A DNA stretch of 64,000 nt from Isurus oxyrinchus (Eukaryota), in assembly GCA_026770705.1 (NCBI GenBank), contig JANJGN010000005.1, forward strand, positions 121,706,001 through 121,770,000, given 5' to 3'. Position 1 is the first letter of the stretch. Each line of letters starts with the position of its first letter. The position numbers and the translations under genes are program-made. This document shows, piece by piece, positions 1 to 11,605 of the stretch. The notes beneath the pieces were generated by a model, which worked only from the letters and a program-made list of their open reading frames with translations, was not told the DNA's origin and ran no database searches.

Positions 1-600
1 GTGTATGTGAAATTTCAGAAAACCTTTACCATGGAGATCATTGAAGACGATTAAGGAGAATGGATTTAGTGGGAGGGCAGCAAACTGGATTAAAAACTGG
101 TCAAAAAAAGACAAAAATTGTGGGAGTTCGGAGCAATATTTCAGAGTGGTTGGAAGTGTTTGGTAGTATCCCACAAGATTCTTGTACTGAGACCACTTCA
201 TTCACTGCACACATTAGTGATTTGGATATAGGGCTAGAGGGAATTGCAGCCAAATTTGTAGCCGTTCTAAAATTGCAGGTATAGTAAATGATTCTGAGGA
301 CCAAAGGAATCTGAGTGTGTTATTGATAAAGTGGTGGAAGAGGCAATAAAGCGGCAGATGGAATTCAGTGTCAGTTGATGTGAGCTGGTACATTTTGAAT
401 AAAAAATAATAAGACTTTGGGGGAAATCTAGCTAAGTGATATGAAAGAGCAGAGAGATTTGCAGGATTAAGTTCATAAGATGTTAAAGGTAACATCTCAA
501 GTGGCTAAGCCATAAGAAAGCTAATGGTGTTTTGGAAAGAAGGATTGTTCCTTCCATGAAGAGCATCTTCCATGGAGAAAGATAAGTTGAGACCTTGGGT
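1..600 (+). mobile_element. Decayed CR1 LINE ORF2 (RT region) fragment
   Basis: Frame-broken CR1-like RT peptide (SEWLEVFGSIPQDS...HISDLDIGLEGIAAKF) in ORF 60..284; downstream sequence resembles CR1 RT C-terminal part. Confidence 0.65.
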
Positions 601-739
601 ATAAAACCTTGGGGTGGAAATATTTGTATCATCTCCCTATTTATCATCCACAGTTATATATGGAAGGTCTTGAGGCTCTGTATAGTGAAGGAGCTGAATA
701 CATTTCATTCTCTCTTGCTGGAGAGCTGCAGGCAGAGCA

Positions 740-1256
740 AAATGCAGCTTTGGGAGGATTACCTATAGTGCAGGGTGCCATTGACTGTATGCATATTGAG
801 TTACAGGCATTGCATGTCAACACTGAGATGTACTGCAAAAGAAAGGGAATCCACTCTATCAACATGACATTGGTGTACATGAGGAGTTATGCAGGTCAGT
901 GCCTGGTACCCTGACAGCAGTTATGATGCTTTCATTCTGTGGCCGTGCACTTCAGCTGTGCCATCTGCATTTAACCCAAGATGACAAGATGGCCACCGGG
1001 TGACAATGACTATCCTTTGATGACATGACTGATGATTCCAGTCCGCAAGCACACGCATGTGGGCAGCATGCATAGAACGAAAGTCATGCTGCCACACATA
1101 ATGTGATAGGGGAGACTGGCAACGTGTTGAGACAATGCCTCCACTACTTCACCTGCTCTGGTGGAGCCCTGCAGTACTCAGCTGAATGGATATCGAGGTT
1201 TGTGGTAGTATGCAGCATTCTACACAACCTTATCATCATGCTGGCACAGTCCTTGC
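740..1256 (+). pseudogene. Harbinger/PIF transposase remnant (HARBI1-type DDE)
   Basis: GLPIVQGAIDCMHI...KRKGIHSINMTLV motif; later GGALQYS-like and LHNL-like segments parallel the copy at 40270-41490; multiple stops; cut by LTR element at 1259. Confidence 0.85.
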
Positions 1257-1258
1257 TC

Positions 1259-2810
1259 TAGTATAAGGGTCTGGCACAAAAAGGGTTAATGTGGAGTTGA
1301 GAGTTATGCCCAGACAATGATGTAAGAAGCCACATAACCTAGATCCAGGGTCATTGTGGTGTTGAACAGAGATGTATGTAGACTTAAGCATGGAGATAGC
1401 TCTTAGCTTGTACCCTTTACTGTAAATAGCTCTAGTAGTTATTAAAGACTTACAGTTAACCTATGGAAGAATACGGAGACTTCTTTAAGACATACTGATC
1501 TATAACCACTACCCTCCCAACATGCTGGCAGCAATGGGATAAAAACCCAGAATCTTGCTAAACTGCAGAGACAAATCAAAATGTTAGCAGACTGAGAAAA
1601 TTTTAACAAAGCCTTCAGACCTGAAAAGAAGCTCCTCAAGAAGCAGAGGAAAAATCACCGGAAAATGCTCCAGAGGAAGGCCTGGAAGCTGAAGGCAGAG
1701 ATTTATAATGCAGCAGAAGACTCCATTGAATCCCCTTTGGAAGTACAGCTTCAGAATGCAGAGTCAACAGAACCTGAAGCCAAATTTTTGAAAATTCCAG
1801 GCTGCAGCTAGTCCTGAGAACCCCTTTAAGTAATTCATTATAGAAGTGTTAGAAAGAAATCCATCACTAAAACTTGATTCCCGAGTCAGAGCCTGAGCAT
1901 GTGGTGCCGGAAATTAAAAAAAAAGAGAACAAATTAATTTAATATTTCGGAAACATCGTGACTGCTCAGCTCAGTAAAAAAACAAGCAGAAGCTCCAATT
2001 CAACCGACTTGACAGTTTACAAAGTAAACAGCTGAACAAAGGAAGCCGGTAGGCAGCCATTGTTAAAATATTTTTTCAAGAAGAGCACCATCGCTATTTT
2101 GCAGAGCCCATCAAAACCAGCAAGCATGGGAAATCCCTTTGTCTCCGAGTGAACGGCGATGCCTTCTTGAAAATTAGACAACTCTTAAAGGTACACATGT
2201 ACTTTTAAATGTTTTTAACTTGGGTCAAAATTCCACGCTTCCAAGTCAATTTGGACTAATCCAAGGCCTAGAACAGTCACAAAATTGTAGACTTGGAGAA
2301 AAAAGTTCTTAAGATTCAGGTTTAAATAAAAAGCCAGAAGACCTGTAAGCAAAGGAAGATCTAACACTGAAAGAGGCAAACTAGATAGTTAGGCAATCAG
2401 AAATCTGTGAGCAGCACAGGACAATCTTAAGGAGAGAGAATAAAGTATGCTGTATAGATCAACCCTCAGTCCAGCTAGTTATGCAACAAAGACACATGAA
2501 CACTCTTAAATCAGGGAAAGCAATACCGGAACGGGCCAGCACCGCAACCATGCAATATTGTGGAGCAAAGTGGCCTTACAGGCAACGTCAATGTCATGCA
2601 AGTGCAGCCCAATGCCTCCATGGGTTGGACACTATGGCAAACCATGTAAGACAAAAACTCTGAAACGCGTTTCCCATTTTGGACCGTGGACATTTCTGTC
2701 AATCGCATAGAACAAATCTTAATTTAGATACAAGAAACAGCGTGACAGTCTTGTCAGACAAAGAACCATGGCTGAACGACCTCTGGCTTTGAACAACTGA
2801 CACACCACTT
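1259..2810 (+). mobile_element. Decayed Ty3/Gypsy-like LTR retrotransposon: 5' LTR (about 1259-1522), PBS, gag and protease remnants
   Basis: LTR start homologous to LTRs at 22391 and 23929; LTR ends in CA at 1522; zinc-knuckle-like remnant near 2550-2650; LDT protease-like codons near 2723. Confidence 0.75.
1523..1540 (+). promoter_or_regulatory. Primer binding site, probably tRNA-Leu
   Basis: TGCTGGCAGCAATGGGAT directly after the LTR; 15/18 match to TGGTGGCAGCGGTGGGAT, the complement of the vertebrate tRNA-Leu 3' end as I recall it. Confidence 0.65.
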
Positions 2811-2966
2811 GTTAAGACATACTGAACTGTAACCAACACCCTTTCAACACTTGCCACCAGCTAAAAACCGACCAGATAAGGATAGTCATTGAGCATTACA
2901 ACGTTTGCTTGGCAACAATGCAAAAAGAAAGGGCAACGCAAAATAAACATTCAAAACCAAACTTAT

Positions 2967-3643
2967 GGACTGAATTTTGTGATGGTCGGGCGTGTGTGAT
3001 TGGCGGGCCGGGGAGTGGTTGGGAAATGGGTCCACGACCGTGATCGGCCCCCAACCGTGATTTCATGCTGGCTGGCCAATTTACCACCAGCCAGTGTGAA
3101 ACATAAGCTGAGAAGCTGCCAGGGTGGGGGCAGGAAGAGGGCTGGCGACTAAGCCACCATGGGTGTGGGTCAGTGCTTCCACTGAACTCCCTGATGGCAG
3201 ACAAATGTCTCAGGGAGCTGCAGACCTCCAAATAATAAAGCACAAAAATGCTGCAAAAAAATGTCCATGCAGCACAATCAAGCACCTGAAAGCATACTTC
3301 ATTTAAATGTTGTCCCTAGATATTTCTTTTTAATTTGTATCCTAACGGAGATCTCATCCCGCCCTTAAATGAGGTTTCATCAAAATGTAAAGGCCGCCTG
3401 GCCTGTCCACCAACTGTGAAATTGGACAGGCCACAAAAAAGCGCTTACAGTTGCGCCATTAATGGGCTCAATTGTCTGCTTAATTTTTGGCGGGCGCTCT
3501 GCCGACTGCAGTGTGTGTCTGCCGAGCAAAACATCGCGCGAGTGCGCAATGACGTCGGGGACACTCGCCCGACATCATCTTGTGCAGTTTTATGCCCGTT
3601 TGCGTAGGGCCTATGCCCGCCCCCGGAATGTAAAGTTCTGCCC
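2967..3643. mobile_element. Harbinger-type MITE
   Basis: Ends GGACTGAATTTT...AAAGTTCTGCCC (imperfect TIR); internal similarity to 34659-35165. Confidence 0.65.
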
Positions 3644-3649
3644 TGTCTT

Positions 3650-5950
3650 AGCCTGTCCTAGTGCTACCTCCATGGCTGGTGGAAGACTGCTGACTTTTAT
3701 TGGTGAAACTTCAGATGGCCTTGTGTGATGACTTTGATCAGCTCTGGCTTTAGAGAAGACCTGGCTTTTGGACTGCAGCTCCTTGGCCTGGCCGGCATTA
3801 GGCTGGTCTGGTTGACGGCAGGCAACAGCATTGATGTAGTATCAGTTGTAGGAGCATGAATGCAGCCATCCTGAGAGAATCTGAAGCTGGTTGTTCAGAT
3901 ACCTTGTACACTGCAACATCTGGCCCAACTGTGTTACTAATTCACATGACCTCTGTTGCCATCTAGATCCTTGTCAGCCATTGCTTGATTGGGTTGGGGC
4001 TCAACGGTACAGGCAGAGTGGGACAGCAGAGCAAATTGTTAGTGTCAGCATCCACAATGTGCCCTTTATGGCAGTCACAGGGATGGTGGTCCAGGCGGTT
4101 GCAACTAAAACAGCAACCGAATTCCTGGTTAGTCCAGACTTCTGGTTAAGCAATGAACCTTTGACGGTCACTAGCTAAGTCTTCATGAGTGCTTGGTAGA
4201 AGTTACTGTTCCCAGGTCATACGGGAATGGAGGAACAATGGGCACTAACCTAGGCACCCTGTACATGTGTGAATGAATCCTCTCATATACATTGTAAGGC
4301 AGCTCGTCACTCTTATACAAGTCCAATAAACCTTTTCGTAATTTTTGAGCTAAGATGTGCATAATTAAGATACCTGGATGATACATTCATGATCTGTGAA
4401 TCTTCAACCACATGTAAGGATTTCCTTGTATACATTAATATGCTCCATCATGTGCACCAATTCACTTTCAAGATGGAGTAGGCGGACACACTCCCTTTCC
4501 TCAGTGTGTTAGTTGAGAAATTGCTAAAGGTTTCTCCACATCTGCCTACCACAAACCCACCTTCACCAGTCAAAATATGCATTAGGATTTGTATAGTTTC
4601 AAACGCTAATATTGACTTAATCAGCAACCTTGTAAATAGGAACTTGATATTTGTTCACCTGCAGGCATGGTGTAAAAATAGAGTGCATCAAAGCTATGTT
4701 GCAAGATAATGGCTATCCTTATTAAATCGTTGTTCACTGTGTCCCACAAACTTGCAAATGGGCCAAAGACTGCCATTTTCAGGCCTGAAAAGTGCCTGGT
4801 CTATCTCAAATGCTCAGGAGCTGGTGCAGACACGATGGGCCAAATGGCCCCCTTCTACACCGTAACAATTCTGTGATTCTGAAAAGGTAGCAGATTTGTG
4901 CTTCACTGAGCCACCTCCAGCTCCCTGGAGTGGCCCATCATTAATCGTAGTTATCTGAGCTGCTGTGACACCCTGCAAGCCTCTTTGAATGCTGGTATCC
5001 TCAGTCGTGACAGCAGCAAGTCTGAGCTTCCACGACTTCGGTCTGAGCTTCCATGTTGCAGCACTCAGACGTCAGGTGGCTTCTGCTTGTGTGCAATGGA
5101 AACTGATACATTGGCCATCAGACATTGCATTGAGGTGCACAAGTGTGCTAACGGAATTGCCCATCACTTCCATGCTGGAAAGGATGGGCGCCAAGCTCTT
5201 TTAATCAGTGTCAGATTTCATCTGCTGCTTAACATTGCAGACAGGCTTTCTAACAGGTCTGCCAATGCATCAGGCATTTCATTGTTCATACCCGTCAGTA
5301 TTCTTCTGTAGCCAACCTCATCAAAGTACTCACCTGAATTTTGTACAGAAGAACTTGTGTGTGGTCTCACAAGGGATATGGGTCAGTGAGTGTGGCACAA
5401 TGTCTTTGGGCAATGTGTCTGTCAAGGTTGAATAGAGGGCAGTGTATGCAAACTGTGAGATGTGGGTGTGAGGCTTGCAGTAGATCTATGTATATAAGGG
5501 TGAGATAAAGCTATGAGTAAGAGCTATGAGTTACAATTAATAGAGAATATTGGGTGGTGGGTGATAAGGTTGTGATGCATTGTGCTGTATGTGAGGCCAA
5601 TGGTGCAGTTGGTGGGATGTTGCATTTGAAAATGAATTAATTGACTTTGACCATTTATGAGGTTGTTGAACTTCTTGTGGCACAGCTTCCAGGAGTCTGG
5701 GACATAACTGCTGGCATTTACCGCCAGGACTGTCTGCTCCCATTCCTCTGCATGGTTTATCAGCAGAGATGTCTGATATTTCGTGGATACAGGACATCTC
5801 TACACCCCACACCTCCTCCACCCAGGCCTCCAGTGCACTGTGAGAGAACCTTAAAGCTGGTCTCTCTCTTTTGTGCCATAATTTATTCTTCTTCCTGTTC
5901 AGATTTTCGTCCACTGGTTCCAGCCAGAATGCACCTTTCCTTTAAGAGGT
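3650..5950 (-). pseudogene. Decayed Myb/SANT-like partner gene of a Harbinger transposon, convergent with the transposase at 740-1256
   Basis: KRERPALRFSHSALEAWVEEV and CHKKFNNL-like segments at 5640-5900 on the minus strand; same layout as element 39260-44314. Confidence 0.6.
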
Positions 5951-6633
5951 TCAGACTGGCTTTAAGCAGCGCTGCCTAGCTTTAAGTGGTGTAGCCTCAC
6001 ATAAATTTTGGCCTCTTCTGAGGCGCACAGCCACTCAACCTTCAACAATCATTAAGTTTAGCAGGCTAATGAAGCTGTCATGTTGCCTGTATCAGAAGCA
6101 AGAAAAGCAGGTTAATTATGCATCGCCATCTCCACACCCATTTCTGGGGCTATTGAATTTAGTCCCCATAGAGTTTTGTCGAGTTGCCCCATCAGTAAGT
6201 TTAGCTGTCCTTCTCTGTCTTGGTAAATGTGACTTAATGTACTTGGCCAAGGTGGGGAGTTGCAGGTTAGGGGGCAGCACATTAAACCACAAGATGTAGA
6301 ATGTGGGACCTGCAAGAAGTAACAGCCCCATTATTTTGATTTTTCTGATTTCTAGCAACAGTAAGAACAAAAGGAAGGAGTGATCTAAAGGTGCTCATCT
6401 CTGAAGTACTGAAACAACACCCACGATATTTCGTATTTTCTCTTTTTATTTTGTTTGGCCTTGCCCTGCAACAACATTAGCAGATATCCAAATCTCACTC
6501 GGCCCACTTTTTCCCCAATCATCTGCAGCCGAATTTCTCTTTTTTACTCACTCTTTTTCAGTTTCCTTGTTATACTTTCGTTCTGGTTTCCTCCATAGAA
6601 GTTGGATGTTCTTATATTTGATCAGCCCTTCAT

Positions 6634-8532
6634 AGTCGTCTCAATTTCTCTGCTCCTCTCACCCATTCTAACCTGTCTCTCTCTGAACTTACTGCACTCC
6701 ATTCTCTCAGGTCCAACCCTGACATTGTCATCAAACCCGCTGACAAGGGTGGTGCTGTTGTTTGGCGCACTGACCTCTACCTCGCGGAGGCTGAGCGTCA
6801 ACTCGCAGAGACTTCCTCCTACCTCTCCCTGGACCATGACCCCACCACTGAACATCAAGCTATTGTTTCCAGGACTGTCACTGACCTCATCTCCTCTGGG
6901 GATCTCCCTCCCACAGCTTCCAACCTGATAGTCGCCCAACCTCGGACAGCCCGCTTCTATCTCCTACCTAAAATCCACAAACAGAACTGCCCCGGTAGAC
7001 CGATCGTCTCAGCTTGCTCCTGCCCCACAGAACTCATTTCTCGTTATCTTGACTCCCTTCTCTCTCCCCTTGTCCAGTCCCTTCCCACCTATATCCGTGA
7101 TTCCTCTGACACCTTACGTCACATCAACAATTTCCAGTTCCCTGGCTCCAACCGCTTCCTCTTCACCATGGACGTCCAATCCCTCTACACCTCCATCCCC
7201 CACCGGGATGGTCTCAGGGCCCTTAGCTTCTTCCTCGAACAGAGGCCCGAACAATCCCCATCCACCACTACTCTCCTCCGTCTGGCTGAACTTGTTCTCA
7301 CGTTGAACAATTTCTCCTTCAACTCCTCTCACTTTCTCCAAATAAAAGGTGTGGCTATGGGTACCCGCATGGGCCCCAGCTATGCCTGTCTCTTTATGGG
7401 ATATGTGGAACATTCCTTGTTGCAGTCCTACCCCGGCCCCCTTCCACAACTTTTTCTCCGGTACATCGATGATTACTTCGGTGCCGCTTCATGCTCTCGT
7501 CGGGACTTGGAAAAATTTATTAATTTTGCTTCCAATCTCCACCCCTCCATCATTTTCACGTGGTCCATCTCTGACACTTCCCTTCCCTTCCTTGACCTCT
7601 CTGTCTCAATCTCTGGTGATAGACTGTCCACTAATATCCATTACAAACCCACCGACTCCCACAGCTACCTCGACTACAGCTCCTCACACCCCGCTTCCTG
7701 TAAGGACTCCATCCCATTCTCCCAGTTCCTTCGCCTTCGTCGCATCTGTTCCGATGATGCTATCTTCAAAAACGGTTCCTCTGACATGTCCTCCTTCTTC
7801 CTTAACCGAGGTTTTCCACCCACGGTCGTTGACAGGGCCCTCAACCGTGTCCGGCCCATCTCCCGCGCATCCTCCCTCACGCCTTCTCCTCCCTCCCAGA
7901 AACATGATAGGGTCCCCCTTGTCCTCACTTATCACCCCACCAGCCTCCGCATTCAAAGGATCATCCTCCGCCATTTCCGCCAACTCCAGCATGATGCCAC
8001 CACCAAACACATCTTCCCTTCACCCCCCTTATCGGCATTCCGTAGGGATCGCTCCCTCCGGGACACCCTGGTCCACTCCTCCATCACCCCCTACTCCTCA
8101 ACCCCCTCCTATGGCACCACCCCATGCCCACGCAAAAGATGTAACACCTGCCCCTTCACTTCCTCTCTCCTCACCGTCCAAGGGCCCAAACACTCCTTTC
8201 AAGTGAAGCAGTATTTCACTTGCATTTCCCCCAACTTAGTCTACTGCATTCGTTGCTCCCAATGTGGTCTCCTCTACATTGGAGAGACCAAACGTAAACT
8301 GGGCGACCGCTTTGCAGAACACCTGCGGTCTGTCCGCAAGAATGACCCAAACCTCCCTGTCGCTTGCCATTTTAACACTCCACCCTGCTCTCTTGCCCAC
8401 ATGTCTGTCCTTGGCTTACTGCATTGTTCCAGTGAAGCCCAACGCAAACTGGAGGAACAACACCTCATCTTCCGACTAGGCACCTTACAGCCTTCCGGTC
8501 TGAATATTGAATTCAATAACTTTAGGTCGTGA
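6634..8532 (+). CDS. Penelope-like reverse transcriptase + GIY-YIG endonuclease (5'-truncated, no stops or frameshifts, about 632 aa; native start missing)
   Basis: Frame is open well upstream of the ORF-track Met 7168: IVIKPADKGGAVVW, FYLLPKIHK, GRPIVS, MDVQSLYT, QIKGVAMGT, RYIDD, Cys linker CPRKRCNTCP, LVYCIRCSQCGLLYIGET, RFAEH, GLN. Confidence 0.92.
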   Translation, partial: SRLNFSAPLTHSNLSLSELTALHSLRSNPDIVIKPADKGGAVVWRTDLYLAEAERQLAETSSYLSLDHDPTTEHQAIVSRTVTDLISSGDLPPTASNLIVAQPRTARFYLLPKIHKQNCPGRPIVSACSCPTELISRYLDSLLSPLVQSLPTYIRDSSDTLRHINNFQFPGSNRFLFTMDVQSLYTSIPHRDGLRALSFFLEQRPEQSPSTTTLLRLAELVLTLNNFSFNSSHFLQIKGVAMGTRMGPSYACLFMGYVEHSLLQSYPGPLPQLFLRYIDDYFGAASCSRRDLEKFINFASNLHPSIIFTWSISDTSLPFLDLSVSISGDRLSTNIHYKPTDSHSYLDYSSSHPASCKDSIPFSQFLRLRRICSDDAIFKNGSSDMSSFFLNRGFPPTVVDRALNRVRPISRASSLTPSPPSQKHDRVPLVLTYHPTSLRIQRIILRHFRQLQHDATTKHIFPSPPLSAFRRDRSLRDTLVHSSITPYSSTPSYGTTPCPRKRCNTCPFTSSLLTVQGPKHSFQVKQYFTCISPNLVYCIRCSQCGLLYIGETKRKLGDRFAEHLRSVRKNDPNLPVACHFNTPPCSLAHMSVLGLLHCSSEAQRKLEEQHLIFRLGTLQPSGLNIEFNNFRS

Positions 8533-8812
8533 GCTCCCTCCCCCATCCCCACCCCCTTTCTGTTTCCCCCTTTTTTCCCCCCCTTTTTTTTCCCTATAAA
8601 TTTTACAGATTTTTCTTTTCCCACTTATTTTTAAATATTTTTAAATCTTTTATGCTCCCCCCACCCCCACTAGAGCTGTACCTTGAGTGCCCTACCATCC
8701 ATTCTTAATTAGCACATTCGTTTAGATAATATCACCAATTTTAACTTTAACACCTATGTGTTCTTTTGTCCCATTGTCACTGACATCTTTTGATGATCTG
8801 CTTCTATCACTG

Positions 8813-9690
8813 AGATAAAAACAAAGAGAACTGCGGATGCTGGAAATCCAAAACAAAAACAGAATTACCTGGAAAAACTCAGCAGGTCTGGCAGCATCGG
8901 CGGAGAAGAAAAGAGTTGACGTTTCGAGTCTTCATGACCCTTCGACAGAACTTGATTTCGAGTCCAGGAAAGAGTTGAAATATAAGCTGGTTTAAGGTGT
9001 GTGCGGGGGGGGGGGGGGGCGGAGAGAGAGAGAGAGACAGAGGTGCTTGTGTAGACAAACAAGCAGTGATAGAAGCAGATCATCAAAAGATGTCAGTGAC
9101 AATGGGACAAAAGAACACATAGGTGTTAAAGTTAAAGTTGGTGATATTATCTAAACGAATGTGCTAATTAAGAATGGATGGTAGGGCACTCAAGGTACAG
9201 CTCTAGTGGGGGTGGGGGGAGCATAAAAGATTTTAAAATATTTAAAAATAAGTGGGAAAAGAAAAATCTGTAAAATTTATAGGGAAAAAAAAGGGGAAAA
9301 AAAGGGGGAAACAGAAAGGGGGTGGGGATGGGGGAGGGAGCTCACGACCTAAAGTTATTGAATTCAATATTCAGACCGGAAGGCTGTAAGGTGCCTAGTC
9401 GGAAGATGAGGTGTTGTTCCTCCAGTTTGCGTTGGGCTTCACTGGAACAATGCAGTAAGCCAAGGACAGACATGTGGGCAAGAGAGCAGGGTGGAGTGTT
9501 AAAATGGCAAGCGACAGGGAGGTTTGGGTCATTCTTGCGGACAGACCGCAGGTGTTCTGCAAAGCGGTCGCCCAGTTTACGTTTGGTCTCTCCAATGTAG
9601 AGGAGACCACATGAAGACTCGAAACGTCAATTCTTTTCTTCTCCGCCGATGCTGCCAGACCTGCTGAGTTTTTCCAGGTAATTCTGTTTT
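8813..9690 (-). mobile_element. Second Penelope-like copy nested in the 3' UTR of the first: minus arm 8813-9612 plus a short inverted arm 9610-9690
   Basis: Bounded by exact 14-bp direct repeat TGCTTCTATCACTG (8799-8812 / 9691-9704); 9064-9612 is the near-exact reverse complement of 8262-8812. Confidence 0.88.
8914..8952 (-). ncRNA. Minimal type I hammerhead ribozyme motif (CUGUCGA core variant)
   Basis: Reverse complement reads AGTT-CTGTCGA-A-GGGTC-ATGAA-GACTC-GAAA-CGTC-AACT. Confidence 0.75.
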
Positions 9691-9813
9691 TGCTTCTATC
9701 ACTGCTTGTTTGTCTACACAAGCACCTCTGTCTCTCTCTCTCTCTCCGCCCCCCCCCCCCCCCACACACCTTAAACCAGCTTATATTTCAACTCTTTCCT
9801 GGACTCGAAATCA

Positions 9814-9852
9814 AGTTCTGTCGAAGGGTCATGAAGACTCGAAACGTCAACT
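9814..9852 (+). ncRNA. Minimal type I hammerhead ribozyme motif (CUGUCGA core variant)
   Basis: Stem I AGTT/AACT, core CTGTCGA, stem II GGGTC/GACTC, GAAA, palindromic ACGT stem III, GTC cleavage triplet. Confidence 0.75.
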
Positions 9853-10164
9853 CTTTTCTTCTCCGCCGATGCTGCCAGACCTGCTGAGTTTTTGCAGGTA
9901 ATTCTGTTTTTGTTCCTTCATTACTCACTTCTGCTCATTTAACACCTTTGAATCATCTGCCTTGTAACTGTGAATAAAATAAATGTCTTCCTTGCTGAAT
10001 TCATGGTTTACTTGCTCTGCCTGTTGCTTAATGGACCTTGATTATTCCCTAGAACATTTTAACGTTTTGTCCAACAAAATAATAACCTTCAACATAAACC
10101 TCTTCCCCTTTCCCCTGCTGAAATAACTATTATTGGTGACTTAATTGTCCACCATCGCACCAGC

Positions 10165-10610
10165 ACCAGCATGAATTGGTATTAAGTTGACAAGGGGGCT
10201 ATAAGGGGCCATTGGGGTGGGTGAGGGAGTATGAGAGGGCATTAAGTCAGCAAGGAGGTAAGGGGCCTTGGGGTTGGGTGGGGGACATAGTGAGCTTGGA
10301 GGGGGTCATGAGTGGCATGGGTGAGTCCTTTTGAAGTTATCTTGCAAAATGTTTCCGGAATCCAGATTATAGTTCATGACTCCTCTGAGTTCCTGGGAAG
10401 CTGGCCCAACTCCATGAAAATTGCTGAGGACTAGGAGATGCCTACTTCCACTATGAAGCCAGCCAGGTTGGGAATTCAGGGTGTGGGCTCACTCTCCACA
10501 CCGTTCTCCCATGCCAATGAAAATTGGGGGCACCAGGAATGCTGGAATAGCGTATCACCTGTTATTTTTAAAGGTCTGTGGAGTCTCCATAATTCTGTAA
10601 AAATCTGGCC
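10165..10610. mobile_element. Partial Harbinger-type MITE
   Basis: Ends in GTAAAAATCTGGCCC TIR-like motif; G-rich internal repeats similar to 54400-54500 and 56110-56385. Confidence 0.45.
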
Positions 10611-11605
10611 CATGGTGTTGCAAGATCCACTAAAGGAAAAACAGTAAAGAGAAAGAACATTTGGAGAGACCAAAGGCATCTCAGAGGCAGTCACCATATC
10701 TTGCGGGAAGTACAATGATCTATTTGCTTTCTCTACCTTTCATTCATATAACTGGGATGATTGTAATCTGTTCTACACTTGTTAGGGATAATGTTCCTAA
10801 TTTTCAATTTTCTCAAAACAAAAAACCCTAACCTAAAGCCACACATCCTTCTATTTTCTTTCTATTACATTGATCATCCTTCATATAAAAAATTTGAACA
10901 TTAGTGGCACCTCTGACAGGAACATAAGGTGCTTTTTCAACTCTAATTTTTGGAAGTGTATAAACTACTAATCTCTAAGATGTCCACATCAAAAGGTTAA
11001 ATGGAGCCTACTTGTGGAGACCTTTAGCCATGCGTAATCTTGGAAATCGTTGCAGGGAGTGGAATTTATGCTTCAGTATTTCGATATCTTGTCGACCACC
11101 TGAACTGTCAATCAAATTTTTGCTGAGTCTATAAACCTGCTATCCTCTAGTTCTTTTGCCAATTATCATAAGTCTCTGACCTCCAGTTACTGAGCCTTCT
11201 GCCACCAGAAACAGTTTCTCTTTATTGACCGAATCAATAGCCTCTATGATTTTGAACTTCTCTGTTAAATATTCCCTTAACTTTCTCTGCTCTAGGAAGA
11301 ACAACCCCAGCTTTTTTCCACTGCCATTTAACTAACATTCCATATCCTTGATACCATTATAAATGTGGCTATTGCAATTTATAATGTGAAAAAGTTGACA
11401 GGACATACAGAGATATGCAAGTCTTTTTAATAGATTACAGATATATAACCATTGCAGTGATGAAGGCACTGTATTACTAAGTCAATGCAGACTTGAAATT
11501 CCCAGGTTCAAGTCCTGGACTGCTATCACCTATGGCACCAGACCTCAACAAGAATCAGCACCTCATTGAGGGAATGAGAAAAATGGGGAATCAAAACTAT
11601 ATAAG

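Larger units (their letters stand above)
6634..9914 (+). mobile_element. Penelope-like retroelement (Neptune-type), 5'-truncated, containing a nested inverted copy
   Basis: RT + GIY-YIG ORF, pyrimidine-rich 3' UTR with hammerhead motif; flanked by 7-bp direct repeat CCTTCAT (6627-6633 / 9915-9921). Confidence 0.93.

Noticed and set aside
7349-8206. 285-aa P/S/T-rich ORF overlapping the PLE RT
   Set aside because: Alternative frame of C-rich coding sequence with few stops; no recognisable domain.
8530-8532. TGA stop as possible selenocysteine codon (as in some PLE clades)
   Set aside because: It falls at the natural end of the GIY-YIG domain, is followed by low-complexity UTR, and I see no SECIS.
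9395-9769. 124-aa chimeric ORF across the nested PLE junction
   Set aside because: Off-frame product of the inversion; no evidence of function.
9867-9914. ATG...CAG|GTAATT followed by TTTCCAG in PLE tails as a spliced leader
   Set aside because: The implied intron of about 30 nt is too short; cannot be evaluated without a full-length tandem copy.
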